Shown: positions 47,216 to 57,503 of the stretch, in pieces | Position numbering within the stretch: position 1 is the first letter of the stretch | Layout: each line of letters begins with the position of its first letter | DNA from: a bacterium | GTDB lineage: Bacteria > Krumholzibacteriota > Krumholzibacteriia > G020349025 | Assembly (NCBI GenBank): GCA_031362565.1 | Contig: JANLSU010000001.1 | Coordinates: 32,524 to 96,523 of the forward strand | Reading direction: 5' to 3' | DNA: 64,000 nucleotides | Translations under genes and position numbers: made by a program | Notes under the pieces: model-generated | Told to the model about the DNA's origin: nothing | The model's database searches: none | What the model saw: the letters and a program-made list of their open reading frames with translations, nothing else

Positions 47216-50200
47216 ATGCGCAGTGTGCTGCGCCCGGCATTGTGTCTCGTCGTGGCGCTCGTCGCGAGCGTGGTGGCGCGCGTTCCGAGAGCTGTGGCCC
47301 ACGACGATGCTCTTCCGGAACTGCGCTGGTCGGAAGGCTACACGCTGGTCGTTCTCGAACCGGGCACGGATCTAGGTGCCGCGACGCGGCTCGTGCAGGC
47401 GCGCGGCGGCACCGTCGCATTGCAACTGCCGCCGCGGTTTCTCGCCGGTTGGATTCCGCCGGATCTCGATGCGGCGCTCGTCGGCCACGCCGGTATTCGC
47501 TCGATTCACCACGACGCATCCCACCTGCCTGCCGGCCCGGCCGGCGATCGCCAATCCAACATGATTCTGCGATTCTTTGCGCGCGCCGCGCGCGGCGACC
47601 TCGAGTTCAGCGCCATGGCCGCGGCGGATCCCGCCGCCGGCGCCGTCACGAAAGCCGCGGATGAAAGCGCCGGCACCGCACTCGCCACCCATCGAAGCGC
47701 GAGTGGCGATCTCGTTCCGGGCGCCGATTTTAAAAACGGCCCCGGTGTTCTGCTGCCCGATGCTTTCGACCGGCCGCCGGTTTCACCGCTCGACATTCTC
47801 GCCAACTTGGAGCGCCAGGGGATCACACCGGTTCGCAAAGCCGGCAATGACTTCCTGACTGCGAACAGCGAAACCATGACCGGCACGACGTCCGTCGCGC
47901 TCTTCTTCGTCGAGAGCGATGGCACCGGCGCCGATGCGAACGTGTACGACTGGACGGCGGATGCCGAACAAGACGTGTATGCGCAAGCGGCGGCGGCGCT
48001 CTCTTGGTGGTCGGGGCAGGCCAAGAAGCATTCCGACTGCTGGGCGGTATTTCGCCTCGAGCCGCACTTTGCGACGCAGGACGGACGCTGCGCCCAGTGG
48101 CGTGAGCCGCTCCTGCATCCAAGTACCGACTATGCATCGGCCGTGAGCGAAGTGCTGGGGAACTTCGGCTACACCGCCGGTGGGGCGCAAGCCCGCTGCA
48201 TCGCCTACAACGCCGCGCTGCGCACGGTCAACAACACCGACTGGGCGTACTCGGCGTTCGTCGCCGCCAACCCGACCGGCCCGACAGCTTATTCCGACGG
48301 ATACGCCGCCTGGGCGTATCTCGGCGGGCCGTATGCGGCGCTTCTGCAACACAGTTTTGGCTGGAGCTTCAAGCAGGTATTCGCGCACGAGAGCGCGCAC
48401 GCATTCCGTGCTTGCGACGAATACTCGGTCGCCGGTTACGGAGGCTGTTCGAGCTGCGCCGGTTGCATAGACACCGGCGCCTCGAACGGTAACTGCGAGG
48501 TGTGCACCGCGAACCCGGTGTCGTGCATGATGCGGTCGAATGCCTTCTCGCTCTGTTCGTACACGATCAGCCAGCTGGGTTGGGACCGCGCCCCGTGCGT
48601 GCCGCAATCGCTGCCCGCACCACAGCTCGATACCGTCTTGCCTGCGGCCGTACCGCCCGGCGCGGACATCGACGTCGACCTGAAAGGCGCCTTTCTCGTC
48701 AACGGCGACGAAGTGGACTTTGGACCGGATATCGCAGTTACCGCGGTGAACGTGATTTCGGCGTCGCTGCTCCGGGTTCATCTTCACGTCGGACTCGAGG
48801 CCTCTCTCGGGCTGCGGGACGTCACCGTGACCGGCCCCAACAACGCGGCCGATGTACTGAACGCGGCGTTTCGTGTCGTGGCGACCCCGCGTCATTACGT
48901 GTCGAGTGGGGGAGCGGCGCAGTTCCCGTACGATCGTCCCGACCGCGCCGCCCACGACCTGGCCACCGTTCTCGGCGCCGCCAGCATCGGCGACACCATC
49001 CTGGTGACGTCGGGGACCTACGCGCCCTTCACAATCGACAAGAGCCTGACGGTGATCGCCAGCCGCGCCGCCGATTTCACCTCGCCCAGCGACCCGGCGT
49101 TTCCCTCCATCGTGCAAGGCACGAACGGCGGGCCGGCGATTCAGATTGTCGGCACTGCGACTCACGTACTTCTCGATGGACTGGTGGTGCGCGGCGGATC
49201 GGGCACACTGTTTACCGTGCCGGAACTGGGCGCGGTTGTCGCCGGCGGCGGCATCATGTGCTTCGACGCGACTGCGACGTTGCGCAATTGCACGATCGAA
49301 GGCAACCAGACGGGCACTGATGCGGCGCCGGGAGCCGGCGGTGGTGCGTTCTGCTGGCGGGCGCAGGTGCGTTTCGAACACTGCACGGTGCGCAACAATC
49401 GCGCCTCCCGCGGCGCTGGGATCCTCGGCATCAGCGCCAATCTCACCCTCATCGATACCGCGGTCGAGAACAACGACGCCGGCGGCGCCGGCACGGGAGC
49501 CGGGTGCAGCATCCTGGGCGGTTCGCTCGTTGCCCGCGGCGGACACTGGACCGGCAACGTCGGTGCGCTCGATGGCGGCGGCGCGCACTTCGAGAACTGC
49601 GCCGCGGCCACGGTATCGAACCTCGAAGTGAGCGGCAATCGCGCCACCCGCGATGGTGGTGGAATCCATGCCGCCGGCACGCCATTGGTTCTGGAAGGCC
49701 TGCGGGTGACGGGCAACACCGCCGGCCGTGACGGTGCCGGGGTCGCCACGAGTGGCGCCGCGCTGCGCATCGAATCGTCGGTCCTTGCCGCGAACGATGC
49801 GGCACACTTGGGTGGCGGCGTGCATGCGTCGAGCGGCGATCTGACAATTGTGAATGCGACGATTGCCGGCAATGCCGGCGGCCCGGCGAGCGGTGTTTAC
49901 GTTCGCGCCGCGGGCGGTGCGGTGCAAATCCGCGCCAGCGTGCTGGCGGGGAACGTCTTGGGCGCATTGTTCGTCGACGGCGCGACGCCGGTAGCGCTCG
50001 ATTGGAACCTCGTGTGGCAGAACGGCGCGTTCGACTGGATCGGCGCCGCCTCCGGCCCGAACGATGTGGCGCTCGATCCGCTCTTCGTCAACGCCGTGGC
50101 GCTCGACTACCGGGTGGCGCTGGCATCACCGGCCCTCGACTCGGGAGATCCCGACCCGGCTCGCAATGATCTCGACGGCTCGCGCAATGATCGCGGCGCC

Positions 50201-50812
50201 GAGGGTGGGCCGCGGGCCTCACTCCCGGCACCGGCTCGCGTCGCGTCTTTGGTGGCGCGTGACTTCGGATCGCACGTCTGGGTGCAATGGGCGCCGAGCT
50301 CCACGCACGACATCGTCACGTACGCACTGTACCGCGACGTGAGTCCGGGTCTCGATCTCACGGTGCTGCCGCCGCTCGCCCTCGTGCCCGCAAGCAATCC
50401 ATCGTTCGACGATTCAGCGCCTGCGGCCGGGGGCGCGACCTATGCGGTCGTGGCAATGGATGCCGCCGGACATGCGAGTGGCAGCACGCGGACGACAGCG
50501 ACACCGCGCACGACGGACGCGAGTCTGGCGCCCTTGACCTTCGCGCTTCACCCCATCGCGCCCAATCCCGTCAACCCGGGGGCATGGGTTGCCTTCGACC
50601 TGCCGGCACCTACGGCAGTCCGAATCACGATCTACGACGCCCATGGTCACCGCCTGCGCACCCTGCTCTCCGGTACGTCCGCCGCGGGCTCGCACCGCAT
50701 CTATTGGAACGGCGAAAACGACCACGCCCAGTCCGTAGCCTCCGGTCTCTATTGGGTCGTCCTCGATGCCGTGCACGAGCGCCGCACCCGCAAGATCACC
50801 GTCGTACGCTGA
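47216..50812 (+). CDS. Large secreted multidomain protein: zincin metallopeptidase + Ig + right-handed beta-helix + FnIII-like + FlgD-type Ig
   Basis: Signal peptide; FAHESAHAFRACDEY then CMM; GGG/N.A beta-helix repeats; SPALDSG; terminal PNPVNP...IYDAHG..LRTL...WNG...ASGLY. Confidence 0.75.
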   Translation: MRSVLRPALCLVVALVASVVARVPRAVAHDDALPELRWSEGYTLVVLEPGTDLGAATRLVQARGGTVALQLPPRFLAGWIPPDLDAALVGHAGIRSIHHDASHLPAGPAGDRQSNMILRFFARAARGDLEFSAMAAADPAAGAVTKAADESAGTALATHRSASGDLVPGADFKNGPGVLLPDAFDRPPVSPLDILANLERQGITPVRKAGNDFLTANSETMTGTTSVALFFVESDGTGADANVYDWTADAEQDVYAQAAAALSWWSGQAKKHSDCWAVFRLEPHFATQDGRCAQWREPLLHPSTDYASAVSEVLGNFGYTAGGAQARCIAYNAALRTVNNTDWAYSAFVAANPTGPTAYSDGYAAWAYLGGPYAALLQHSFGWSFKQVFAHESAHAFRACDEYSVAGYGGCSSCAGCIDTGASNGNCEVCTANPVSCMMRSNAFSLCSYTISQLGWDRAPCVPQSLPAPQLDTVLPAAVPPGADIDVDLKGAFLVNGDEVDFGPDIAVTAVNVISASLLRVHLHVGLEASLGLRDVTVTGPNNAADVLNAAFRVVATPRHYVSSGGAAQFPYDRPDRAAHDLATVLGAASIGDTILVTSGTYAPFTIDKSLTVIASRAADFTSPSDPAFPSIVQGTNGGPAIQIVGTATHVLLDGLVVRGGSGTLFTVPELGAVVAGGGIMCFDATATLRNCTIEGNQTGTDAAPGAGGGAFCWRAQVRFEHCTVRNNRASRGAGILGISANLTLIDTAVENNDAGGAGTGAGCSILGGSLVARGGHWTGNVGALDGGGAHFENCAAATVSNLEVSGNRATRDGGGIHAAGTPLVLEGLRVTGNTAGRDGAGVATSGAALRIESSVLAANDAAHLGGGVHASSGDLTIVNATIAGNAGGPASGVYVRAAGGAVQIRASVLAGNVLGALFVDGATPVALDWNLVWQNGAFDWIGAASGPNDVALDPLFVNAVALDYRVALASPALDSGDPDPARNDLDGSRNDRGAEGGPRASLPAPARVASLVARDFGSHVWVQWAPSSTHDIVTYALYRDVSPGLDLTVLPPLALVPASNPSFDDSAPAAGGATYAVVAMDAAGHASGSTRTTATPRTTDASLAPLTFALHPIAPNPVNPGAWVAFDLPAPTAVRITIYDAHGHRLRTLLSGTSAAGSHRIYWNGENDHAQSVASGLYWVVLDAVHERRTRKITVVR

Positions 50813-50815
50813 CTT

Positions 50816-51535
50816 TCAGATCTCGTTCCAGAGAAATTCGGCCTTGGCCATTCGGCCGACGAGCGTGCGCACCCGGCGTTCGTAGCCGCGCGTCGTGCAG
50901 CCGGGATGCCAGGTCGACGGCCGTGGCAAGCCGGCGGCGAGTTGTGCGGCTTGCTGCACGTCGAGACCGGCGGCCGGCGCCGAGAAGAAGCGCTGCGCGG
51001 CGGCTTCGGCGCCGTACACGCCGGGGGCGAATTCGGCGACATTCAAATAGATTTCCAAGATGCGGCGTTTCGCCAGGTGCTTTTCGAGAGCCCGCGTCAA
51101 CAACGCTTCGCGAATCTTGCGCACCGGATTCCACTTGCCCGAGAGCCACAGATTTTTGGCGACCTGTTGCGTGATGGTCGAAGCACCGCGGGGTAGTTCG
51201 CGGTCGAGCCACGCGTCGTGCAGAGCATCACGGATCTCGCCGGTGTCGAAGCCGTGATGGCTGAAGAACTGGATGTCTTCGCCAACGAGCACGGCGCGCT
51301 TGAGGTGCGGCGAAATCCGCGTGTAGGGCACCCAAGTCCACGCGGCGGCGACGGGTTCGCCGCGGGCGCGCTGTTGAGCGCGACACCGCTCGATGAATGC
51401 GGTGGTGCGCGGTGGCTGGCTCGCGAGTGCCGCGACGTCGGGCCAGGTCACGACGCAGTAGCCGGCATACAAAGCGACCAGGACGACGATCAGCAGAAGA
51501 GACCGGGCGCAGCCGCGTCGCAATGCGTGCCGCAT
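50816..51535 (-). CDS. mtgA: Monofunctional peptidoglycan transglycosylase
   Basis: ED..FFSHHGFD, RGASTITQQVAKNL, RKIREA, KRRILEIYLNVAEF, YGAEAAA. Confidence 0.92.
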   Translation of the reverse strand: MRHALRRGCARSLLLIVVLVALYAGYCVVTWPDVAALASQPPRTTAFIERCRAQQRARGEPVAAAWTWVPYTRISPHLKRAVLVGEDIQFFSHHGFDTGEIRDALHDAWLDRELPRGASTITQQVAKNLWLSGKWNPVRKIREALLTRALEKHLAKRRILEIYLNVAEFAPGVYGAEAAAQRFFSAPAAGLDVQQAAQLAAGLPRPSTWHPGCTTRGYERRVRTLVGRMAKAEFLWNEI

Positions 51536-51574
51536 CACGGCCGCATCCGCTGCACGAGCGCGAGGCGCATCGGA

Positions 51575-52429
51575 CTAGTTGGCGATCTTCAGGAGCTCGA
51601 ACTCGAACACGAAGAGTTTTCCAGCCGGCGCCCCTGGTTGGCCTGCGAAGGCAACCTCGCTCGGAATCCAAAAGCGCGTCTTCTCGCCTTCGACCATGAG
51701 CTGCAACGCCTCCGTCCAGCCTTTGACGCGGCCGCACGGGATGGTGGGCGCCTTGCCGCTGGTGAGCGAACTCTCCATGAAAGTCCCGTCGTTCTGCCAC
51801 ACCGAATAGTTGAAGGTCACCTGACTCGTCGGAATCGGATGTGTCTTGCCGGTGCCGCGGCGCAACACCCGGTAACCAATTCCGGATGCGGTTTTCTTCG
51901 CATCCTTGGGAATTGCACCAACATCCGGCGGCGTCGGTGGCGGTGTAGGACCTTCCTTGAACGACAAGAGTTCGATGTCGAACACCAGCATGCCCTGTGG
52001 CATACCCGGTGATCCCTTGTAGGCGAGCTCGTCGGGGATCCAGAAGCGGCGCTTCTCGCCCTCGACCATGAGCTGCACGCCTTCGATCCAGCCTTTGATC
52101 ATGCCGTTCAGGGGGTACGTCGCTGGGGCGCGCCCCTCGGTGCTGTCGAAAGAGCGGCCGTCGGTCGTCCAGCCAGTGTAGTTCACCGTCACAATGTCTT
52201 GTGGCGCCGGGTGTTTCTTGCCGGTTCCGGCCTTGATGACGCGCGACGCAATCCCAGACTTGGTTTTCGACGCCGTTGCGGGCGGCGCCTTGACGTCATC
52301 GGGAGCCGGAATGGTGGCCGCCTGTTGGGCCGCGGCCGGCGGCGGAGTACTGACCAGGAGCGAAGCCGCCAACGCGAGCCCCGCGCACGAACGAAACAGA
52401 ATTGAGAGCGGACGGGATGGTGTTTTCAT
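51575..52429 (-). CDS. Secreted double-domain FKBP-type peptidyl-prolyl isomerase
   Basis: Two FKBP repeats (VNYTGW..DG.SFDS, IKGWIEG.QLM.EGEK.RFWIP); signal peptide. Confidence 0.9.
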   Translation of the reverse strand: MKTPSRPLSILFRSCAGLALAASLLVSTPPPAAAQQAATIPAPDDVKAPPATASKTKSGIASRVIKAGTGKKHPAPQDIVTVNYTGWTTDGRSFDSTEGRAPATYPLNGMIKGWIEGVQLMVEGEKRRFWIPDELAYKGSPGMPQGMLVFDIELLSFKEGPTPPPTPPDVGAIPKDAKKTASGIGYRVLRRGTGKTHPIPTSQVTFNYSVWQNDGTFMESSLTSGKAPTIPCGRVKGWTEALQLMVEGEKTRFWIPSEVAFAGQPGAPAGKLFVFEFELLKIAN

Positions 52430-52620
52430 GCCGCCCATGATGTCGGGTCCGCCCCCCGAATTCAAGCCCATCGGCTTGGTGCGCCGCGGCGGGAACCCGG
52501 CGACCCAGGGCCGCTCTTGCCATAAATGAGGTATGTTGAACCTTCCTATTTCACCCGGCGCGACGCGGATTCCGTGCTTTCGCGCTGTCCAGCGCTCGTC
52601 CGTCTGCAGAGGAGACCGGC

Positions 52621-55515
52621 ATGCCGCGCCGCCCACCGGGACTGTGGTTCGCAGTGGCTCTCGTACCGGCACTCCTCGCGGTGCCGTTGACGCTTGTACA
52701 CGCCGAGGTCGATGTTTCGCCCGATCGCGCCGAACCCGGCAGCATCGAGCAGATTCGCTCCTACACGACGAGTCCCGAATACCTGCCCGAGAGTGTCGCC
52801 TACGTCCCCGACTCCGACCGGGTGCCGTCGCCGACGAAGGCGTTGGGGCATCTCGCCGGCGCCCCCAACGAGCTGTCGAGCGTGGCGCAGGTGCACGACT
52901 ATTTCCGCAAACTGGCTGCGGCCAGCGGCCGGGTGCGGATCGAGACGATCGGCAAGAGTGAGGAGGGGCGCGAGATTCTCCTCGCGATCGTCTCGTCGGA
53001 AGCCAATCTGGCGCAGCTCGACCACTACCGCGACATCACGAACCGGCTCGCCGATCCGCGCCGGGTGCCGGAAGCGGAAATGCGCCGCCTGGCCGCCGAG
53101 GGCAAGCCCTTCTACTACCTCATGGGTGGCCTGCATTCACCGGAAACGGGCAGCCCCGAAATGCTGATGGAGCTGGCCTACCGCCTGGCAGTCAGCGACA
53201 AGCCGCAGATTCAGCGTATCCGCGACCAAGTCATTGTTTTGATCACGCCGGTCGTGGAAGTCGATGGCCGCGACCGCCAAGTGCAGTGGTACTACCGGCA
53301 TACGCGCGATTTGAAACTGCCGTTCGAGGACCTGGAGCAATTCGACAGTCCGCCGTACTGGGGCGCCTATGCGCTGCACGACAACAATCGCGATGGGATG
53401 CAACTGACTCTGGCGCTGACTCGCGCCATCAACTCGGCGTACTATCGCTATGAACCGCAGGTGCTGCACGACCTCCACGAATCGGTGCCGCTCTTGTACA
53501 TCTCGAGCGGCCACGGCCCGTACACGCACGCTGCCGACGCCATCACCGTCAACCAGTGGACCGAGTTCGCACACCACGAAGCGCGTGTCGTGCAGGCCCA
53601 AGGGCTGCCGGGCGTGTGGACCTGGGGCTTCTGGGACGGCTGGTGGCCGGGCTATCTCTTTTCGGTGGCCAACAACCACAACGGCGTCGGCCGCTTCTAC
53701 GAAACCATGGGCAACGGCATGGCGGGTACGTTCGAACGGTCGCTCAAGGACGACAGCTATGCCGGCCAGCCGGTGACCGATGTCGAATGGTATCGCCCGT
53801 GGCCGCCGGCAAAGAAGATTCAGTGGTCGCTGCGGAACAACACGAACTACATGGAAGCCGGTGTCTTGGCAGCGCTCGACCACACGGCGGTGTCGGGCCG
53901 GGAACTGCTGGCCGATTTCTGGGTCAAAGGCCAGCACGCGATCGAGCGCGGCAAGAAGGAAAAACCCTACGCCTGGGTGCTACCGGAAGCGCAGCGCGAT
54001 CCGGCTCGGTTGCAGTATCTCTTGCGCCAATTGCTCGTGCATCACATCGAAGTGCAGCGTCTCCGAGGTGCCTGGACGAGCGGTGATTCGACGTACGCCG
54101 CGGGCAGCTACGTCGTCCGCATGGATCAGCCGTATCGCAACGCCGCTCTCACCTTTCTCGAGGTACAGCAATTTCCACCTGACGAACCGAACGCGCCGTA
54201 CGACGACGTGGCGTGGACGTGGCCGTTGCTCTACGGCGTTCGCGCCGACGTGATCGACGATGCAAAGGTGCTGGATGCGGCGATGGATGGACCCATTACG
54301 ACGCCACCGCTCCTGGCGGGCCGCGTGACGGGCGCAGGTGGCACCTATCTCGTGCGCGACACGGGCCAGACATCGTTCCTTGCGGCGCGCGTGTTGCTCG
54401 GGAAGAACGTCGTCGAAGCGGCCGATTCGGCGTTCGTGACGGGCGGAGCTTCGTACCCGGCCGGAAGCTGGATCGTGCACGCGCCGCGCGCTACGGTGGA
54501 CGGCGTGGCGCAGAAAACGGGACTCGAGTTCACGGCCGGTGCACCGCCGGCCGCGACGCGGCATCATGGACTCGATTTGCCGCGCCTCGGGGTCTTGCAT
54601 ACGTGGACCGCAACGCAGGACTGTGGATGGGCGCGCTACGCGCTCGACCAAACCGGCATTCCGTACACCCTCATTCACGACGGTGACCTGAAGCGCGGCG
54701 GCCTCGCCAAACGCTTCGACATGATCCTGTTTCCGAATACCTGGGGCGATTTCAAACGCATCGTGCACGGCATCGACAAGAAATACGGCCCGCTCGCTTA
54801 CACGCGAACCGCCGCGTACCCGAGCCACGGCATCCCGGACGCGTCCCCGGATATCACCGGCGGCATGGGATTCGAAGGGCTCATGGAACTGCAGCGTTTC
54901 GTCGAATCGGGTGGCTTGCTGGTGACGCTCGCCAATGCCGGCACGCTGCCGGTCGACGGCGGGCTCGTCACGGGCGTGTCAAAGGCCGCCGCCGGCCTCG
55001 TGAGTTCACCCGGCTCCGAAGTGCGCGCCAAGATTCTGCGTCCAACCCATCCGATTACTTACGGCTACGAAACACTGGAAAGCGTTTTCCGCGGCAACGG
55101 CCCCCTCTTCGAAGTCGCCGACCGCCATCGCAATCTGGTCGTCGCCCAATTCGGCACCAAGAAAGTCCCCGAAGAAGACGAAGCCAAGCCCGCACCTGAA
55201 CCCAAGGTGCTGCCCGTGGGGGTCGCGGAATCGGGGCCACGCGTGGAGGGCCCAGAGACGGCCGCTGGCGCGCCGCTGTCCCCTGCAAAGAAAGATGCGA
55301 AGCCCGCCGATGCACCCAAGGGTGACATCGTCCTCTCGGGTTTCGTGAAACAGAAGGACAAACTGGATGGCATGCCGGCCATCCTCGACGTCCCAGCAGG
55401 GAAGGGCCGCGTCGTCCTTTTCGCCTTCAACCCGTTACACCGTTACCTCAACCACTCCGACTTCCGTTTCGTCTACAACGCCGTCCTAAACTGGAACGAT
55501 CTCGCCGGACGGTAG
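52621..55515 (+). CDS. Secreted M14 family zinc carboxypeptidase with C-terminal GATase-like domain
   Basis: GLHSPE (HxxE), DNNRD, LHDLHE; AGGAG RBS; signal peptide. Confidence 0.88.
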   Translation: MPRRPPGLWFAVALVPALLAVPLTLVHAEVDVSPDRAEPGSIEQIRSYTTSPEYLPESVAYVPDSDRVPSPTKALGHLAGAPNELSSVAQVHDYFRKLAAASGRVRIETIGKSEEGREILLAIVSSEANLAQLDHYRDITNRLADPRRVPEAEMRRLAAEGKPFYYLMGGLHSPETGSPEMLMELAYRLAVSDKPQIQRIRDQVIVLITPVVEVDGRDRQVQWYYRHTRDLKLPFEDLEQFDSPPYWGAYALHDNNRDGMQLTLALTRAINSAYYRYEPQVLHDLHESVPLLYISSGHGPYTHAADAITVNQWTEFAHHEARVVQAQGLPGVWTWGFWDGWWPGYLFSVANNHNGVGRFYETMGNGMAGTFERSLKDDSYAGQPVTDVEWYRPWPPAKKIQWSLRNNTNYMEAGVLAALDHTAVSGRELLADFWVKGQHAIERGKKEKPYAWVLPEAQRDPARLQYLLRQLLVHHIEVQRLRGAWTSGDSTYAAGSYVVRMDQPYRNAALTFLEVQQFPPDEPNAPYDDVAWTWPLLYGVRADVIDDAKVLDAAMDGPITTPPLLAGRVTGAGGTYLVRDTGQTSFLAARVLLGKNVVEAADSAFVTGGASYPAGSWIVHAPRATVDGVAQKTGLEFTAGAPPAATRHHGLDLPRLGVLHTWTATQDCGWARYALDQTGIPYTLIHDGDLKRGGLAKRFDMILFPNTWGDFKRIVHGIDKKYGPLAYTRTAAYPSHGIPDASPDITGGMGFEGLMELQRFVESGGLLVTLANAGTLPVDGGLVTGVSKAAAGLVSSPGSEVRAKILRPTHPITYGYETLESVFRGNGPLFEVADRHRNLVVAQFGTKKVPEEDEAKPAPEPKVLPVGVAESGPRVEGPETAAGAPLSPAKKDAKPADAPKGDIVLSGFVKQKDKLDGMPAILDVPAGKGRVVLFAFNPLHRYLNHSDFRFVYNAVLNWNDLAGR

Positions 55516-55548
55516 AATCGCGCCGACGACCGCGTTGGAGTGGGGTTT

Positions 55549-55693
55549 GTAGTCGCACGTCTTCGGAGGTGTGGGGACCCCCGAACGCGAGTTAACGGGC
55601 TCGCGCATTTAATATTGCGCGCGAAGCGCGCGGCGCGGCCCGTTCTGTCTGAGCGGGCGGGGGTCCCCACACCTCCGAAGACCGCCACGCACT
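55549..55693. repeat. REPIN/MITE-like palindromic repeat (full copy)
   Basis: Perfect 25-bp inverted repeat 55559-55583 / 55658-55682; GTAG at 55549 before an imperfect C(TTCG)G hairpin; homologous copies at 63902-64000 and 32111-32146. Confidence 0.8.
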
Positions 55694-56038
55694 CGCAATC
55701 CCATCCGCTCCGCCGTAGACGCAACCCTTCGCACAGCGTTGACGATCCGCCTCCGTGCGACGCCGCGCCGTCGTACACAAACGATTGCGGGACAACTGTT
55801 TGTCTACTCGTCGCCAGCCGGACTTGGTCTTGCGTTGAAGCGAACTCGCAGCGGCGTAGTCGGCCCGGCAGCTTTGGGAGGAGCTTCCGGAGTCGGCCAG
55901 GATCGTGGCACCCTCGCTGGCGGGCAGTGATGTCCGGTGACCGAACGGGGCGGTTGCTCTACGGGACGGAGAGGTCTAGGCGCTTGACGCCGTCACGCCG
56001 GCGATCCGCGCCGCTGCAACTTGGGATTCGTCGGGCGG

Positions 56039-56248
56039 CTAGCGCCGCGGCGCCACTTCTTCCGTGTACCCCGGGTTACGGTGATTCTGACCGGGATTGT
56101 GCGCGTCCCAGCAGCTCGATGAGCAGAAGTTCAATTGAAAGCTCTTGCGATTGCACGATGAAACGGCGCATTTCACGTACGGAGCGCCATACCCGATAGG
56201 CTTCTTGCAGATGCTGCACTGGCCCCAAGCAGTCGGTGTAGTCGTCAT
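56039..56248 (-). CDS. Small Cys/His-rich zinc-finger protein (ZZ-type-like)
   Basis: MTTTPTAWGQCSICKKPIGYGAPYVKCAVSSCNRKSFQLNFCSSSCWDAH...NH; GGAGGG RBS. Confidence 0.72.
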   Translation of the reverse strand: MTTTPTAWGQCSICKKPIGYGAPYVKCAVSSCNRKSFQLNFCSSSCWDAHNPGQNHRNPGYTEEVAPRR

Positions 56249-56388
56249 CGGCCCTCCCATTTCGCGGCCCGCGCGGTCCCCCCCAGGGTCGCGTGCCGGG
56301 ATTCTAATCGAAACGCCGCCCCGTAGCACCGCATCTCGTTGTGGCGCCGGCAGCGCCCTGCAGGCTCGTATCTCAAGTGGCCTGGGCG

Positions 56389-57429
56389 TCAGACCGCGGT
56401 TGAGCCGCCGCAGCTCGAGCCCGCACCCGCCGTGCAGCCGAAGCAATGGGATCCGACTTCAATCTGACGCGACCCGAGCCGTGCGGCGTCGAACTCGAAG
56501 ATCGAGCCCGGTGCACCATGGTTGACAGGTATTTCGAGCATTTGATTGAAGTCGCAATCGTAGAGCGTACCATCCCAGCCGATGGAGAGCGTGTTCCGGC
56601 ACATCACCCCGGCGGCAGCCGCCGGGTTGTAGGCGTTCACCAGGCGCTCCATGTAACCGGCGAAGTTGCCGGAGTCGACGAGGTATTCGAGATAGCGGCT
56701 GATCGGCATGTTGGTGATTGTATAAAGGTGGTCGAACTCGATGCCCCACCTCCGGCGAAGTTCGCGTTTCCAGTCCGCTTCGAGCGCCGCTTGGCTCGCC
56801 GGCAAGAACGCGCCGACCGGATTCGTGACGAGTTGCAGCCGCAGCGCCGGATCCGTTCCGTAACCGAGGGCATTCAAGCGCTGCAACGCGGCGATCGAAC
56901 GCTCGAAGACGCCGTCGCCGCGCTGTGCGTCGGTTTGACGCGAATTCACCGCCGGCAGTGACGCGACGATCTCGACACCATTCGCCGCCAAGAACGCCGC
57001 CAGATCCGCATACGCTGGCACGAGCAAAATGGTGAGATTGCAACGATCCATGACGTGCCGGCCGAGGCCGCGCGCCCGGGTGACGATGTCGCGGAAGCGC
57101 GGATGCAACTCGGGTGCGCCGCCCGTAATGTCGACGGTGGGGATGGAGGTCGATGCGAGCGCCGCCAAGCAGGCATCGACGACGTTGTCCGGCATGACCT
57201 CACGGCGATCCGGCCCCGCATCGACATGGCAGTGCCGGCACGTCTGGTTACATTTCTTGCCCAGATTCAGTTGAAAGACGTCGATGCCGGTTGCCCGCAA
57301 CGGGTCGAGACCGGTCTGGGCGAGCGCCGCCTCGAAACGGACCGGCAGCGGCAGGGCCGCAAGGTGGGCGCGCTGCGCGGCGGCGGTCGCCAACGGATGG
57401 GCGCGAAACTGCAGCGAGGACATGCGCAT
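56389..57429 (-). CDS. arsS: Arsenosugar-biosynthesis radical SAM protein (DUF3641 C-terminus)
   Basis: QLNLGKKCNQTCRHCHVDAGP, DITGGAPELHP, ITNMPISR, MCR..LSIGWDG.LYDCDFNQML, HCFGCTAGAGSSCGG. Confidence 0.9.
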   Translation of the reverse strand: MRMSSLQFRAHPLATAAAQRAHLAALPLPVRFEAALAQTGLDPLRATGIDVFQLNLGKKCNQTCRHCHVDAGPDRREVMPDNVVDACLAALASTSIPTVDITGGAPELHPRFRDIVTRARGLGRHVMDRCNLTILLVPAYADLAAFLAANGVEIVASLPAVNSRQTDAQRGDGVFERSIAALQRLNALGYGTDPALRLQLVTNPVGAFLPASQAALEADWKRELRRRWGIEFDHLYTITNMPISRYLEYLVDSGNFAGYMERLVNAYNPAAAAGVMCRNTLSIGWDGTLYDCDFNQMLEIPVNHGAPGSIFEFDAARLGSRQIEVGSHCFGCTAGAGSSCGGSTAV

Positions 57430-57503
57430 CGACTCCCCGGCCGCAAAGGGCCGGCAACGTTCACGAAGACCGGTTTGCGCCGCCGCGGGGCGGCGGACCG
57501 CGT

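Noticed and set aside
55540..56199. 219-aa ORF spanning the palindromic repeat
   Set aside because: Arg/Ser/Pro-rich translation of repeat and intergenic DNA, overlapping the better-supported zinc-finger gene on the other strand
56389..56420. Selenocysteine recoding at the ArsS C-terminus
   Set aside because: The position is an ordinary Cys codon (GSSCGG) with no in-frame TGA before the true stop
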